A DNA stretch of 64,000 bases, taken from Alphaproteobacteria bacterium (lineage in GTDB: Bacteria; Pseudomonadota; Alphaproteobacteria; UBA9219; RFNS01). The number at the start of each line of letters is the position of its first letter. Positions within the stretch are counted from its first letter, which is position 1. The DNA lies in NCBI GenBank assembly GCA_016124955.1, contig WGMR01000007.1, positions 154,103-218,102 on the forward strand, written 5' to 3'. Below are positions 38,675-47,416 of this stretch, piece by piece. Both the position numbers and the translations under genes were made by a program. The notes beneath the pieces were generated by a model, which was not told the origin of the DNA, searched no databases, and saw nothing but the letters and a program-made list of their open reading frames with translations.

Positions 38675-39111
38675 GGCATATATTTCCGCCGGATCAGATG
38701 GTCGATCGATACCCGGCCCGGGCCTATGCACAGCAGGGCGGCGAGCAGCAACGCCCAGTACAGATGGTCCGTGTGGCTGATGTAGGTGAACTGGATGACG
38801 GCCGTCATGGCCAATAGCGGCAGCGCGGCCAGCCGCGTTCCGAGCCCGAGCGTGAGCAAAACCGGGCAGGCGAGCTCGAACAGCGTACCCGCTGCGGCGG
38901 CGATGGCGGGCGGCAGAAACGGTACCGCATATTCATGGGTAAAAAGGAACAGGGTGTTGTCCCAGCTTTCAAGCTTGGTAAGGCCGGAAAGGAAAAAGAC
39001 CCGTGCCATCCACAGCCGCACGGCCAGAAGAACGATGTTTGCCAGCCATTCAAGGACAGGTAATATGCGTGCCGCAAGCTTGACGGCGATCTGCTGGAGG
39101 GGTTTGGGCAT
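38671..39111 (-). CDS. bufD: DoxX family membrane protein (BufD-like)
   Basis: RLWMARVFFLSGLTK, LFTHEYAVP, ELACPVLL.LGL.TRLAA, GPGRVSID. Confidence 0.88.
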   Translation of the reverse strand: MPKPLQQIAVKLAARILPVLEWLANIVLLAVRLWMARVFFLSGLTKLESWDNTLFLFTHEYAVPFLPPAIAAAAGTLFELACPVLLTLGLGTRLAALPLLAMTAVIQFTYISHTDHLYWALLLAALLCIGPGRVSIDHLIRRKYMP

Positions 39112-39160
39112 GGCAGCACCATTTGCGGTTCGAGGGGCGGCGGAACGTATATCCGGTTTC

Positions 39161-39186
39161 TTCGCGCCGTATGGCCGGGCGGTTAC
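39161..39186 (-). promoter_or_regulatory. SigF(ECF16)-type promoter for doxX
   Basis: Minus strand GTAACC-N16-CGAA, exact match to the Caulobacter sigma-F consensus, 50 nt upstream of doxX. Confidence 0.8.
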
Positions 39187-39189
39187 AAC

Positions 39190-39726
39190 ATGACGCCTGA
39201 AGCGGCAACGCCGGAAGCCCTGATGTGCGCCGCGCAGGCAGGCGACAAACAGGCCTATACAAAGCTTTTGCGGTCACTTACCGGCCCGCTGCAGGGATAT
39301 ATTGCCCGTAAAACGCCCGCCAAGGACCGCGAGGAGGTGCTGCAAAACGTGCTGCTTTCGCTGCACCGGGCGCGGCACACCTATGACCCGGCCAAGCCGT
39401 TGATGCCGTGGGTTATGGCAATCGCGCGCTATCGCCTCAATGACTATTGGCGCCACCATTATGGCCGCCATATGGGCGAAACCGACGATATAGAAGATTT
39501 TAAGGCCGCTTTGGCGACCGATGTAACCGAAGGCATGGAAAACAGCGAAGATATAAGAAGGGTCATGGCGGGCCTGCCGGAAAAGCAGCGGAAAATACTG
39601 CAGCTTATGTATGGCGAGGATAAGAGCGTGACCGAGGTTGCGGGCGAAATGGGCATGAGCGTTTCCGCCGTTAAGGTGGCGGCGCACCGCAGCTACAAGG
39701 TTTTCAGAAAGTCGATGAAGGCATGA
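39190..39726 (+). CDS. sigF: ECF RNA polymerase sigma factor, SigF/ECF16 type
   Basis: LM.AAQAGD..AY, HRARHTYDP.KP..PW..AIARY, LPEKQR, SVSAVKVAAHR; directly upstream of nrsF. Confidence 0.88.
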   Translation: MTPEAATPEALMCAAQAGDKQAYTKLLRSLTGPLQGYIARKTPAKDREEVLQNVLLSLHRARHTYDPAKPLMPWVMAIARYRLNDYWRHHYGRHMGETDDIEDFKAALATDVTEGMENSEDIRRVMAGLPEKQRKILQLMYGEDKSVTEVAGEMGMSVSAVKVAAHRSYKVFRKSMKA

Positions 39727-39738
39727 AGGCATGAAGTT

Positions 39739-40380
39739 ATGACAAGCAGGATCGATCAAACGATTGAAAGCATTGTGGCCGGTGCGGCGCCGGTGCGCCT
39801 GGCGCGGCCGTGGCTGCTTTTGCTCGGCTGGCTTGCTGCCACCTTTGCCGGAACCTGCGCGATAGTGTTGTTCCTTGCGCCGCGGCATGATCTTGCTTTG
39901 CAGCTTGCCTCCCCGCTGTTCCTTGCCGAAGCGGCAACGCTGGCCGCGCTTGTGATTACATCCGGCGCTGCCGGGGTGTGGCTTGGGTTCCCGGATATGC
40001 GGCAGCAACGCGCCATTCCGTTCGCGCCCGTTCCGTTCCTGCTGCTGTATGTCGGGCTTCTGGGGTACCGGCTTATGCATCCCGAATTGAACGGTGCGCC
40101 CGCACCCGAAGAGCACGGCATAAATTGCGCGCTGTGCATCGCGATTTTTGCCGTCATTCCCGGGCTTTGGATGTTTCGCTTGTTGCGGCGCAATGCGCCG
40201 GCGCACCCTCGCCTTGCGGGTGCGATCGCATTGCTGGCTGCATCCTCGACCGGGCACCTTGTGCTGAAATTTGCGGAATCGGACGATTCGGTGCTGCATT
40301 TTGCCGAATCCCACTTGCTGCCCATGCTGGCGCTTGCCATTCTGGGCGCGTTTCTCGGGCGTAAATATCTTTCCTGGTGA
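39739..40380 (+). CDS. nrsF: NrsF/DUF1109 anti-sigma factor (cognate)
   Basis: IDQTIESI...PVR, PRHDL, HGINC, APAHPRLAG, GRKYLSW; follows sigma gene. Confidence 0.85.
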   Translation: MTSRIDQTIESIVAGAAPVRLARPWLLLLGWLAATFAGTCAIVLFLAPRHDLALQLASPLFLAEAATLAALVITSGAAGVWLGFPDMRQQRAIPFAPVPFLLLYVGLLGYRLMHPELNGAPAPEEHGINCALCIAIFAVIPGLWMFRLLRRNAPAHPRLAGAIALLAASSTGHLVLKFAESDDSVLHFAESHLLPMLALAILGAFLGRKYLSW

Positions 40381-40381
40381 T

Positions 40382-40407
40382 GTAACCGGGCCGGTATGGG
40401 CGGCGAA
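40382..40407 (+). promoter_or_regulatory. SigF(ECF16)-type promoter for bufA1-bufB-bufC
   Basis: GTAACC-GGGCCGGTATGGGCGG-CGAA exact consensus, 57 nt upstream of precursor ATG. Confidence 0.82.
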
Positions 40408-40463
40408 TGAAACCGTGCAGGCACCCCGCCTGCCGTTAATAACTTTCCACAGGAGAGAGAACC

Positions 40464-40736
40464 ATGAACAAGACGATGCTTTGTGCCGCCCTTGCGGGCG
40501 TGCTTGCTGCAGGTGCTGCCGGCGCCGCTTTCGCCGAGGACCACGATATGAAGATGGAAGCCAAGGAAAAATGTTATGGCGTCGCCAAGGCCGGCAAGAA
40601 TGATTGCAAATCGGCCAACGGTTCGCACGCCTGCGCCGGTCACGCCACGACGGATAACGATCCGTATGAATGGAAGCTGGTTGACACCGGCGCCTGCGAA
40701 GGCATGGGCGGCACGCTTGCGCCCCCGGCTGAATAA
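40464..40736 (+). CDS. bufA1: Bufferin precursor peptide (DUF2282)
   Basis: Sec signal then [14 protein letters not shown]...HACAG...W..V..GAC; ACAGGAG RBS. Confidence 0.92.
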   Translation: MNKTMLCAALAGVLAAGAAGAAFAEDHDMKMEAKEKCYGVAKAGKNDCKSANGSHACAGHATTDNDPYEWKLVDTGACEGMGGTLAPPAE

Positions 40737-40746
40737 GCGTTGGGAC

Positions 40747-40808
40747 GAAAAAAGAACGGGGCGCGGACCGGCTTTCACAAAAAAGCGCGGTCCGCGCCTT
40801 TCTTTTTC
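40747..40808 (+). terminator. Long intercistronic hairpin between bufA1 and bufB
   Basis: GGCGCGGACCG/CGGTCCGCGCC 11 bp stem flanked by A-rich and T-rich arms. Confidence 0.65.
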
Positions 40809-40819
40809 AGGCGACAGAC

Positions 40820-41686
40820 ATGAGCGGCGGCGCATATCCATTTCTCGGTTTCGGTGCGGGGCTGCGCGCCCCGCATTACGAGGATGTTATTGCACGGCGG
40901 CCCGCGCTCGATTGGTTTGAGATTATTTCCGAAAACTTTCTTGATGCGCATGAAGGCTATTGGCAGATGCTGGCCGATCTGCGCGCCGATTACCCTTTCG
41001 TCATGCACGGCGTTTCGCTTTCGATCGGCGGGCCCGACCCGCTGGATGAGGCGTATCTGGCCAAGCTCAAAGACCTTGCCGCTTTCCTGAGCCCGGCCTG
41101 GGTTTCCGACCATCTGTGTTTTACCGGGCTTGGCGGCCACAATACGCATGATTTGCTGCCGCTGCCCTATACCGAAAAGGCGCTTTCCCATATTGCCGCG
41201 CGCGTGCATAAGGCCCAGGAATCTCTTGGCCGCCCGCTGGTGCTTGAGAACCCTTCGAGTTATTTCGAATATGCGGCGTCCGACATCCCGGAATGGGAAT
41301 TTTTGCGCGCGCTGGCGCAGCGGACCGGCTGCGGGCTTTTGCTTGACGTGAACAATGTTTATGTCAGCGCCTTTAATCACGGCTACGACGCGCGCGCCTA
41401 TATCGACGCGATGCCCGCGGGGCAGATCGCGCAAATGCATCTGGCGGGGCACCTGAACAAGGGCACGCATATCATCGATACGCATGACGCGCATGTGATC
41501 GACGCGGTGTGGGATCTGTATGCCTATGCCGTGCAGCAAAAGGGGCTTGTGAGCAGCATGGTGGAATGGGACGAACAGATCCCGCCGCTTGCTGTGTTGC
41601 TGGAAGAGGTGGGCAAGGCGCGCCGCCATGCACAAGCCGCGCAAACGGCAAAAGAGGCGGGGCATGCAATACCGCAATGCGCTTGA
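40820..41686 (+). CDS. bufB: Multinuclear non-heme iron oxidase (DUF692/MNIO)
   Basis: G.GLR..HY, FEIISENF, HGVSLSIG, WVSDHL, DLLPLPYT, LENPSSY, LLLDVNNVYVS, HLAGH, DTH, VEWD. Confidence 0.95.
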   Translation: MSGGAYPFLGFGAGLRAPHYEDVIARRPALDWFEIISENFLDAHEGYWQMLADLRADYPFVMHGVSLSIGGPDPLDEAYLAKLKDLAAFLSPAWVSDHLCFTGLGGHNTHDLLPLPYTEKALSHIAARVHKAQESLGRPLVLENPSSYFEYAASDIPEWEFLRALAQRTGCGLLLDVNNVYVSAFNHGYDARAYIDAMPAGQIAQMHLAGHLNKGTHIIDTHDAHVIDAVWDLYAYAVQQKGLVSSMVEWDEQIPPLAVLLEEVGKARRHAQAAQTAKEAGHAIPQCA

Positions 41687-42416
41687 ACGCGTACAGCGCG
41701 CCGTAATCACCGGCAAGACTGCGCCGGCGCAGCCGTTGTTGCGCCCGCATGAGCGTATGAGCGCGCGCGAACAGCTGGATATTTATGTGCAAGGCTATCG
41801 CCATCGTCTGATAAGCGCGGTACGCGCGGATTACCCCGCGCTCGGGCGCTATCTCGGCGATGCGACGATGGAGCGGTTGGCGCGCGGCTATGCGGCGCAA
41901 ACGCCTTCGCAAAGCTATAATCTCGATTTCTATCCCTTTGCCTTCCGCCGTTTTGTGCGCGAAACCCATGCCGATCCGGCCGCGCACGCGCTTGCCGCGC
42001 TTGAAGGCGTGATGGCCGAGGTGTTTATGGGCCCGCGCAGCGAAGCGCTGAGCGTTGGCGCGCTGGCCGGCGTTACGGGCGAGACGCTGGAGCGCATGCA
42101 TCTGGCGCTGCGCCCGGCGAGCGAGCTTTTGTGTCTTGCGCACGATGCGCCCGCTTATCTTGATGCCTTTAAACGCGGGGATCCCGCGACAATTGCAGCC
42201 GCGCCTACATACCTTTATCTGTACCGGCACCAGAACGAGGTACGGCGCGCCCGGCTGGCGCCCTGGGAATATGGGTTTCTTTCCGTGCTGGGCGGGGAAG
42301 GGGCCCCGCTGGGCGCGGCCGCCGAACATGCGGGCGGCGCACAGCTTTTACAGTGTTTGCCGCGCTGGATCGCCGAAGGTTTCTTCCGCGCGGCGCCGCC
42401 CGACCGCGGGCTTTAA
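41664..42416 (+). CDS. bufC: DUF2063 MNIO partner protein
   Basis: QLDIYVQGY..RL...YPAL..YLG...F/Y; AAGAGG RBS; overlaps bufB end. Confidence 0.85.
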   Translation: MQYRNALERVQRAVITGKTAPAQPLLRPHERMSAREQLDIYVQGYRHRLISAVRADYPALGRYLGDATMERLARGYAAQTPSQSYNLDFYPFAFRRFVRETHADPAAHALAALEGVMAEVFMGPRSEALSVGALAGVTGETLERMHLALRPASELLCLAHDAPAYLDAFKRGDPATIAAAPTYLYLYRHQNEVRRARLAPWEYGFLSVLGGEGAPLGAAAEHAGGAQLLQCLPRWIAEGFFRAAPPDRGL

Positions 42417-42500
42417 AATAAAAGGGTTGCAATAAGGCGCGGCGGCGGGTTGAATCGTTTTTTCCCTGTTATTGCCAGCCGGATCGTTTGCGTACAACCC

Positions 42501-43823
42501 ATGGACACGCCTGAAATCGCGCTCAAAATCTTCCAGCCGCACGCCTTCGTGCTGCCGAACATCCTGTTCGTGTTCGGGCTGTTCCTGATCCTTGGCGTGC
42601 TGGGCGCGATCGTGGCGCACAGGGCGCGCTGGCTGCCGGTCATCACCGCCTTCATGCTGCTTGGCGTATTCATCGGGCCAAGCGGGATCAGCCTGATTAC
42701 GGCTGACATATTGAAGGAATCGCGCGTGATCATCGATGTCGCGCTCGGCCTCATACTCTATAAACTGGGCAGCGATGTGCAGCTGCGGCACATGTTGCGC
42801 TCCACGCCGGTATGGCGCACGGCATTGACCGAGGCTGCCTTTACCTTCATATGCGTGCTCGCGGCCATGATCGCCTTCGGCTACAGCATGCTGGTGGGCG
42901 CGCTGGTTGCCGCGATCGGGGTTTCGTCCTCGCCCGCCGTGCTTGTGCACGTAGCCGACGAAATGCAGGCACGCGGGCCGATCATCCACCGCGCCAAGGC
43001 GCTCGTGACTTTGAACAACGTGCTGGCGTTCTTCCTGTTTTCCCTGCTTTTGCCGTTCGCGCTCGGCGGGCATGATCTGAACTGGTATAGCGTGCTCGGC
43101 ATTCCGCTCTACAGGGCATTTGGCGCCATGGCGATCAGCCTCGCGATCGCTTTCTTCATGGAGCGTATCGACCGCGCGCTTAACAAGGAAGACCAGCATT
43201 ACCGTTTTGCGCTGATCATCGGCGGCATTACCGTGACGCTTGGTCTTTCCGCGATGTTCGAGGTTTCCTCGCTGTTCGCGGCGCTGATGCTCGGCATCTT
43301 TACGCGCTGGTTCGAACCGCAGCGCAACGGCCTTTCGACCATCGAATTCGGCTCCAGCGCCGATATTTTCTTCATCGTACTGTTCGTGATGGCGGGCGCC
43401 AACCTGCATGTGAAGGAACTGATGACCGTAGGCGCCGCCGCGCTTGTGGTTTCCATTATCCGTTCGCTCGCGAAATACAGCGCGTTGCTTCTTAACCGCG
43501 GGGAACCGCGCCGCGATCATCGCGAAACCGTTGCGCTCAGTTTCATGCTGATGCCGATGGCGGCGCTGGCGATCGGGCTTGCGCAAACTTTACAAATGCT
43601 TGCGCCCGAAGCCGGCAGCAAAGTTGTGACCGTGATTTTCGCCATGGTCGCGATCCTTGAAACCGCGGGTCCGTTCGCGGTCAATTACGCCATACGCATG
43701 ACGGGGGAAAGCCCGTTCTACCGCCGCGGCGGCGCGAAGGCCGAAACGCCGGAAGGCGCCGCGGCAGAGCCGGAAACGGCCGTTATTCCGCCTGCCGGGT
43801 CTGCCGGCGCAACCGATAAATAA
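42501..43823 (+). CDS. Cation:proton antiporter (CPA2/Kef-like)
   Basis: Roughly 13 TMs; LG..IGP, SSPAV, F.VLFV.AGA, MAALAIG, ETAGP. Confidence 0.85.
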   Translation: MDTPEIALKIFQPHAFVLPNILFVFGLFLILGVLGAIVAHRARWLPVITAFMLLGVFIGPSGISLITADILKESRVIIDVALGLILYKLGSDVQLRHMLRSTPVWRTALTEAAFTFICVLAAMIAFGYSMLVGALVAAIGVSSSPAVLVHVADEMQARGPIIHRAKALVTLNNVLAFFLFSLLLPFALGGHDLNWYSVLGIPLYRAFGAMAISLAIAFFMERIDRALNKEDQHYRFALIIGGITVTLGLSAMFEVSSLFAALMLGIFTRWFEPQRNGLSTIEFGSSADIFFIVLFVMAGANLHVKELMTVGAAALVVSIIRSLAKYSALLLNRGEPRRDHRETVALSFMLMPMAALAIGLAQTLQMLAPEAGSKVVTVIFAMVAILETAGPFAVNYAIRMTGESPFYRRGGAKAETPEGAAAEPETAVIPPAGSAGATDK

Positions 43824-43874
43824 GCCGGCAGTTTATTGCGCAAGTCCCTATGGGGCAGCAGGGCAGGCGGAAGG

Positions 43875-44612
43875 TTATGTCCGCGCCGGCCTGTATTTTT
43901 TGTAGAAATATTTTGCCGCAAAACAGAGAATTACAGGTGCAGCGATGGCCGCGCCGTTGGCAGCCACAAGCGCAATATAGGCAAACACCAAGGCGATACC
44001 CAGCAGCACGCTAACAAGAACCAGTTTCATAAAAAGGATGATCGCTTTTCTATACAGACCGTCGGTTTTTTCCATGCGCCAGCGCCGCATGAAATAGAGG
44101 CATCCCGCTGCCAGCAAAGCCAGAGGTGTGGTAACAACAAGCACGCGCTGCATTTGCCAGACGGCGGCTATGAAGCCTATGGGTGCCATCAGATAGTTGA
44201 TTGAAACTTCAAAGCCGGCCATTTCCGGCTTGGCGTAGTCCGGATATGCCGGGCCGCTTTCCGGCAGTTTGGGCGGGTCCTTGATCATCGCTTCGGGGTT
44301 CAGGCTCAGGACGATGAGCGGGATGGTTCCGGTCGGGTCGAACAAAAAGCCCCAGCAGAAATTGATATGCGGGCAGAAACCGGAGGCCTGTGTCACCGGA
44401 AAAGTCGTGGCGCTGAAGCCGCCGTTCGGGTGGCGCATGACGATGCTGACCGGGTCGGCGGCAAATATGCCGTCGCCGAACCAACCCTGCATTTTGTATG
44501 CATTGCCTTCATAGGAAACCGGGCCGGAAAAATCTACAAAGTAAGGGCTATGGGCCTGCGCGGCGGCGGGCACAAGGCAAAGCGCGCAGGCAAGCAGGAT
44601 TGCGCGCAGCAA
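43875..44612 (-). CDS. Hypothetical exported/membrane protein
   Basis: Signal peptide ending AQA then HSPYF..GW.GDGIF.ADP; three C-terminal hydrophobic segments; probable TTG start at 44612. Confidence 0.6.
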   Translation of the reverse strand: MLRAILLACALCLVPAAAQAHSPYFVDFSGPVSYEGNAYKMQGWFGDGIFAADPVSIVMRHPNGGFSATTFPVTQASGFCPHINFCWGFLFDPTGTIPLIVLSLNPEAMIKDPPKLPESGPAYPDYAKPEMAGFEVSINYLMAPIGFIAAVWQMQRVLVVTTPLALLAAGCLYFMRRWRMEKTDGLYRKAIILFMKLVLVSVLLGIALVFAYIALVAANGAAIAAPVILCFAAKYFYKKYRPART

Positions 44613-44645
44613 AAAACCCGCCCCCCGGTAACGGGGGGCGGGTTT
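44611..44645 (-). terminator. Strong intrinsic terminator of HU gene
   Basis: Perfect 14 bp stem AAACCCGCCCCCCG-GTAA-CGGGGGGCGGGTTT, U-tract on minus strand. Confidence 0.85.
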
Positions 44646-44667
44646 CGTTATTGCGTAAAGCGTCAAC

Positions 44668-44967
44668 TTACTTGTTGCCGACGGCTTCCTTGAGTTCCTT
44701 CGCCGCGCGGAAGGCAATCTTCTTCTTCGCGGGGATCGAGATGGCTTCGCCGGTCGCCGGGTTGCGGCCCATGCGGGCGGCGCGCTTGCGGACCTGCAGG
44801 ATGCCGAGGCCGGCCATACGGATACGGTTGCCCTTCTTCAGGTTCTTTACGACATGGGTCACCAGATCGTCCATGATCTGGTTCGCCTGCTTCTTCGACA
44901 GCTCATGCTTGTCAGCGAGGTCAGCCGCGATGTGCTTGAGCGTGACGGTGGGTTGCGTTGCAGCCAT
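44668..44967 (-). CDS. HU/IHF family histone-like DNA-binding protein
   Basis: LSKKQA, GLGILQVRKRAARMGRNPATGE.I.I, AFRAAKELK; AAGGAAGG RBS. Confidence 0.93.
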   Translation of the reverse strand: MAATQPTVTLKHIAADLADKHELSKKQANQIMDDLVTHVVKNLKKGNRIRMAGLGILQVRKRAARMGRNPATGEAISIPAKKKIAFRAAKELKEAVGNK

Positions 44968-45082
44968 TGTTCTACCTTCCTTATGTTGTGCCCCGCGCGG
45001 GAACATTCCCGGCGGCGGCGTTGTTGCGTCTAAACCAACAAGTGGGCCAAGGTTAAGCCAATTTGTGCAATTGGCAAGCGGG

Positions 45083-45107
45083 TTTTTATGCTTCGGGTGC
45101 ATAAAAA
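45083..45107. promoter_or_regulatory. Inverted repeat with LysR-type T-N11-A core
   Basis: TTTTTATGC-N7-GCATAAAAA. Confidence 0.35.
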
Positions 45108-45136
45108 TGCAGGTTTAACGGGCCTTCCCGGCCCGT

Positions 45137-45145
45137 TTATCCACA
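45137..45145 (+). promoter_or_regulatory. Perfect DnaA box
   Basis: TTATCCACA in the divergent HU/dehydrogenase intergenic region. Confidence 0.45.
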
Positions 45146-45253
45146 GGGGGGCATGATGGCGGCGGGCGTAACCGTGTGGTGCTTGCCTCTTTCCGGGGGC
45201 TGCGTAGCACTGCTAGTCTGCAACCGAGGAAAGGCGCAAATAAGGATAAATGC

Positions 45254-46207
45254 TTGAAAATAGCGGTACTTAACGTTGATGACTGTTATCTGACCGAGGG
45301 CCATGTTGCCCGGCTGCATAAACTCGGCGAGCTTCTGCTTTATAAAGACACAGCAGGAGAAGATGCCGCCATCGCGCGGTTGCAGGGTGTTAACATCGCC
45401 CTGGTCAGCCCCTACCGCGTTCGGCCAACAGCTTCGCTTTTCGCACACACGCCGGATCTGAAATATCTATGCGTCAATGCCACAGGCACGAACCTTGTCG
45501 ATATCGAAGCTGCTACGGCGCGTGACATCAAAATCGGCAACACGCCGGGTTATTCCACCGAAGCGGTGGCGGAACACGTGTTCGCGCTGGCGCAAGCGGT
45601 GATGCGCAAATTGGTGGTGGCTGACGGGTTGATCCGCGGCGGGTTGTTCGGCGCCGAGCCGAGCGAGCGTGTGGCAGCGCTGCCGCTTGGCACCGGGCTT
45701 GCCGGAAAAACTTTTGGTATTTATGGGTTGGGCGCAATCGGGCAGCATGCCGCGAAAATCGCGCAGGGCTTTGGCATGCAGGTGATTGCCTGCACGCGTA
45801 CGCCCAAAAATATTCCGGGCGTGCGGGAAGTGGATTTCGATACGCTCTTGCACGAAGCGGACGTGTTATCACTCCACGCACCGCTAACGCCGGAAACAAC
45901 AGGCTTGATCGACGGCAAGGCGCTGGCAAAGATGAAGCCTACGGCCGTGCTTATCAACACCGCGCGCGGTCCGCAGGTGGATACGGAAGATTTGATTGCC
46001 GCGCTCAAGCAGGGGCGCATCGCCGGGGCCGGGCTGGACCTGCTGGCCAAATGGGCAAACGAAAGCCCGCTTTATGCAATGGAAAATGTAGTGCTGACGC
46101 CGCATGTGGCGTGGTTTACCAAAGAAGCGCTCGGTCGCATGGCGGACGTGCTGACAGGCAATGTCGAAGCCTTTGTTGCCGGCCGTCCCGTGAATATCGT
46201 GAACTGA
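45254..46207 (+). CDS. D-isomer-specific 2-hydroxyacid dehydrogenase family protein
   Basis: TG.N.VD, NTPGYSTEAVAEH, GLGAIG, LHAPLTPET, INTARG, TPHVAW; TTG start with AAGGA RBS. Confidence 0.88.
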   Translation: MKIAVLNVDDCYLTEGHVARLHKLGELLLYKDTAGEDAAIARLQGVNIALVSPYRVRPTASLFAHTPDLKYLCVNATGTNLVDIEAATARDIKIGNTPGYSTEAVAEHVFALAQAVMRKLVVADGLIRGGLFGAEPSERVAALPLGTGLAGKTFGIYGLGAIGQHAAKIAQGFGMQVIACTRTPKNIPGVREVDFDTLLHEADVLSLHAPLTPETTGLIDGKALAKMKPTAVLINTARGPQVDTEDLIAALKQGRIAGAGLDLLAKWANESPLYAMENVVLTPHVAWFTKEALGRMADVLTGNVEAFVAGRPVNIVN

Positions 46208-46217
46208 GGAGAAGGCC

Positions 46218-46673
46218 ATGGTTACGGCAGCAAGACTTGTTTTATTTCTCATTTGCGCGCTGATCGCGCAACCTGCGCAGGCGCACAGCTATAAGCATGG
46301 CGCGATCAGCATCGGCCATGTCTGGGCCCGCGTGACAGGCGCGACCGGCGCGGTCTATCTGCCGCTTTTGAACGGCGGCGCGGAGCCCGATGCGCTGACG
46401 GGCGCAAGCACGCCCGCCGCGGCGGAAGCTTCGCTGCACGAAGTGATCAAGGATGGCGATATCGCGCGCATGCGGGAAGTGCAGGAAATCCCGCTTTTGC
46501 CGGGCAAGCCCGTGGCGCTGCGGCCCGGCGGCAGGCATATTATGCTTTTTGACGTGCGGCAGGCCTACAAGGCGGGCGATACTTTCCCGCTTACGTTGCA
46601 TTTCGCGCAAGCGGGGGAAGCCGTGGTCGAGGTGCATGTGCAGAACGGGCCGCAGGAACATCACGCCGACTAA
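46218..46673 (+). CDS. Periplasmic copper chaperone PCu(A)C
   Basis: Signal peptide; I...WAR, LHE..MR, L.PGG.HIML, FPLTLHF; His-rich tail. Confidence 0.9.
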   Translation: MVTAARLVLFLICALIAQPAQAHSYKHGAISIGHVWARVTGATGAVYLPLLNGGAEPDALTGASTPAAAEASLHEVIKDGDIARMREVQEIPLLPGKPVALRPGGRHIMLFDVRQAYKAGDTFPLTLHFAQAGEAVVEVHVQNGPQEHHAD

Positions 46674-46741
46674 CGCGACAATGGCCCTTCGTCCGCCGCC
46701 GCCCTTGTGTGCCGGGCGGAATGCTTTAAGCTGGAGCGCGC

Positions 46742-47413
46742 ATGCTCGCCAGCGTCTATAACATTCTCGTAACCTACCATCAGGCCTTTTTTGCGGGGCT
46801 GCTGGTGACGCTCAAGCTTTCCCTCATTGTCTGGGGCGTCGGCATTTCGCTCGGCGCCGTGCTCGGCTACATGGGCTGGCGCCACCCCGCCACGGTGGGC
46901 ATGCCTTCGCGCATCGCCTCCTTCGTTCTTGGCGGCATTCCGATTCTCGTATTCCTGTTCTGGCTGCACTACCCGGCGCAGGCGGTGATGAATGTGGTGA
47001 TCGACCCGTTCTATACTGCGGCTTTTACTTTTACGGTTATCAATGTTTTTGCGGTGGCCGATCTTGTGCGCGTGGCCTGCGCCGATTTTCCGCAGCAATA
47101 TATTCTGGCTGCGCGGGTTTCGGGCATGACCGGCAAGCAGATTGCCTGGAAGATCCAGCTGCCGCTTTTGGTGCAACAATTGTTGCCCGGATTGATGCTT
47201 TTGCAGGTGACGATGCTGCATGTGACGCTTTTCGCCTCGCTTATATCGGTCGATGAGCTGTTCCGCGCCGCGCAGCGTATCAATGCCATGATCTACAAGC
47301 CGGTTGAAATTTACACCGCGCTCGGGCTTTTTTTCCTTGCCGTCTGTCTGCCGATCAACGGGCTTGCGCTTGCGCTGCGTAAAAAATTCGGCCGTAATCT
47401 TTCGGAACATTGA
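46742..47413 (+). CDS. Polar amino-acid ABC transporter permease
   Basis: GLLVTLKLS, GIPILV.LFWL, EAA-like loop QQYILAARVSGM, TLFASLISV.EL. Confidence 0.85.
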   Translation: MLASVYNILVTYHQAFFAGLLVTLKLSLIVWGVGISLGAVLGYMGWRHPATVGMPSRIASFVLGGIPILVFLFWLHYPAQAVMNVVIDPFYTAAFTFTVINVFAVADLVRVACADFPQQYILAARVSGMTGKQIAWKIQLPLLVQQLLPGLMLLQVTMLHVTLFASLISVDELFRAAQRINAMIYKPVEIYTALGLFFLAVCLPINGLALALRKKFGRNLSEH

Positions 47414-47416
47414 CGC

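Noticed and set aside
45137-45145. Replication origin
   Set aside because: Only one perfect DnaA box and no oriC-typical neighbours such as hemE, dnaA or parAB
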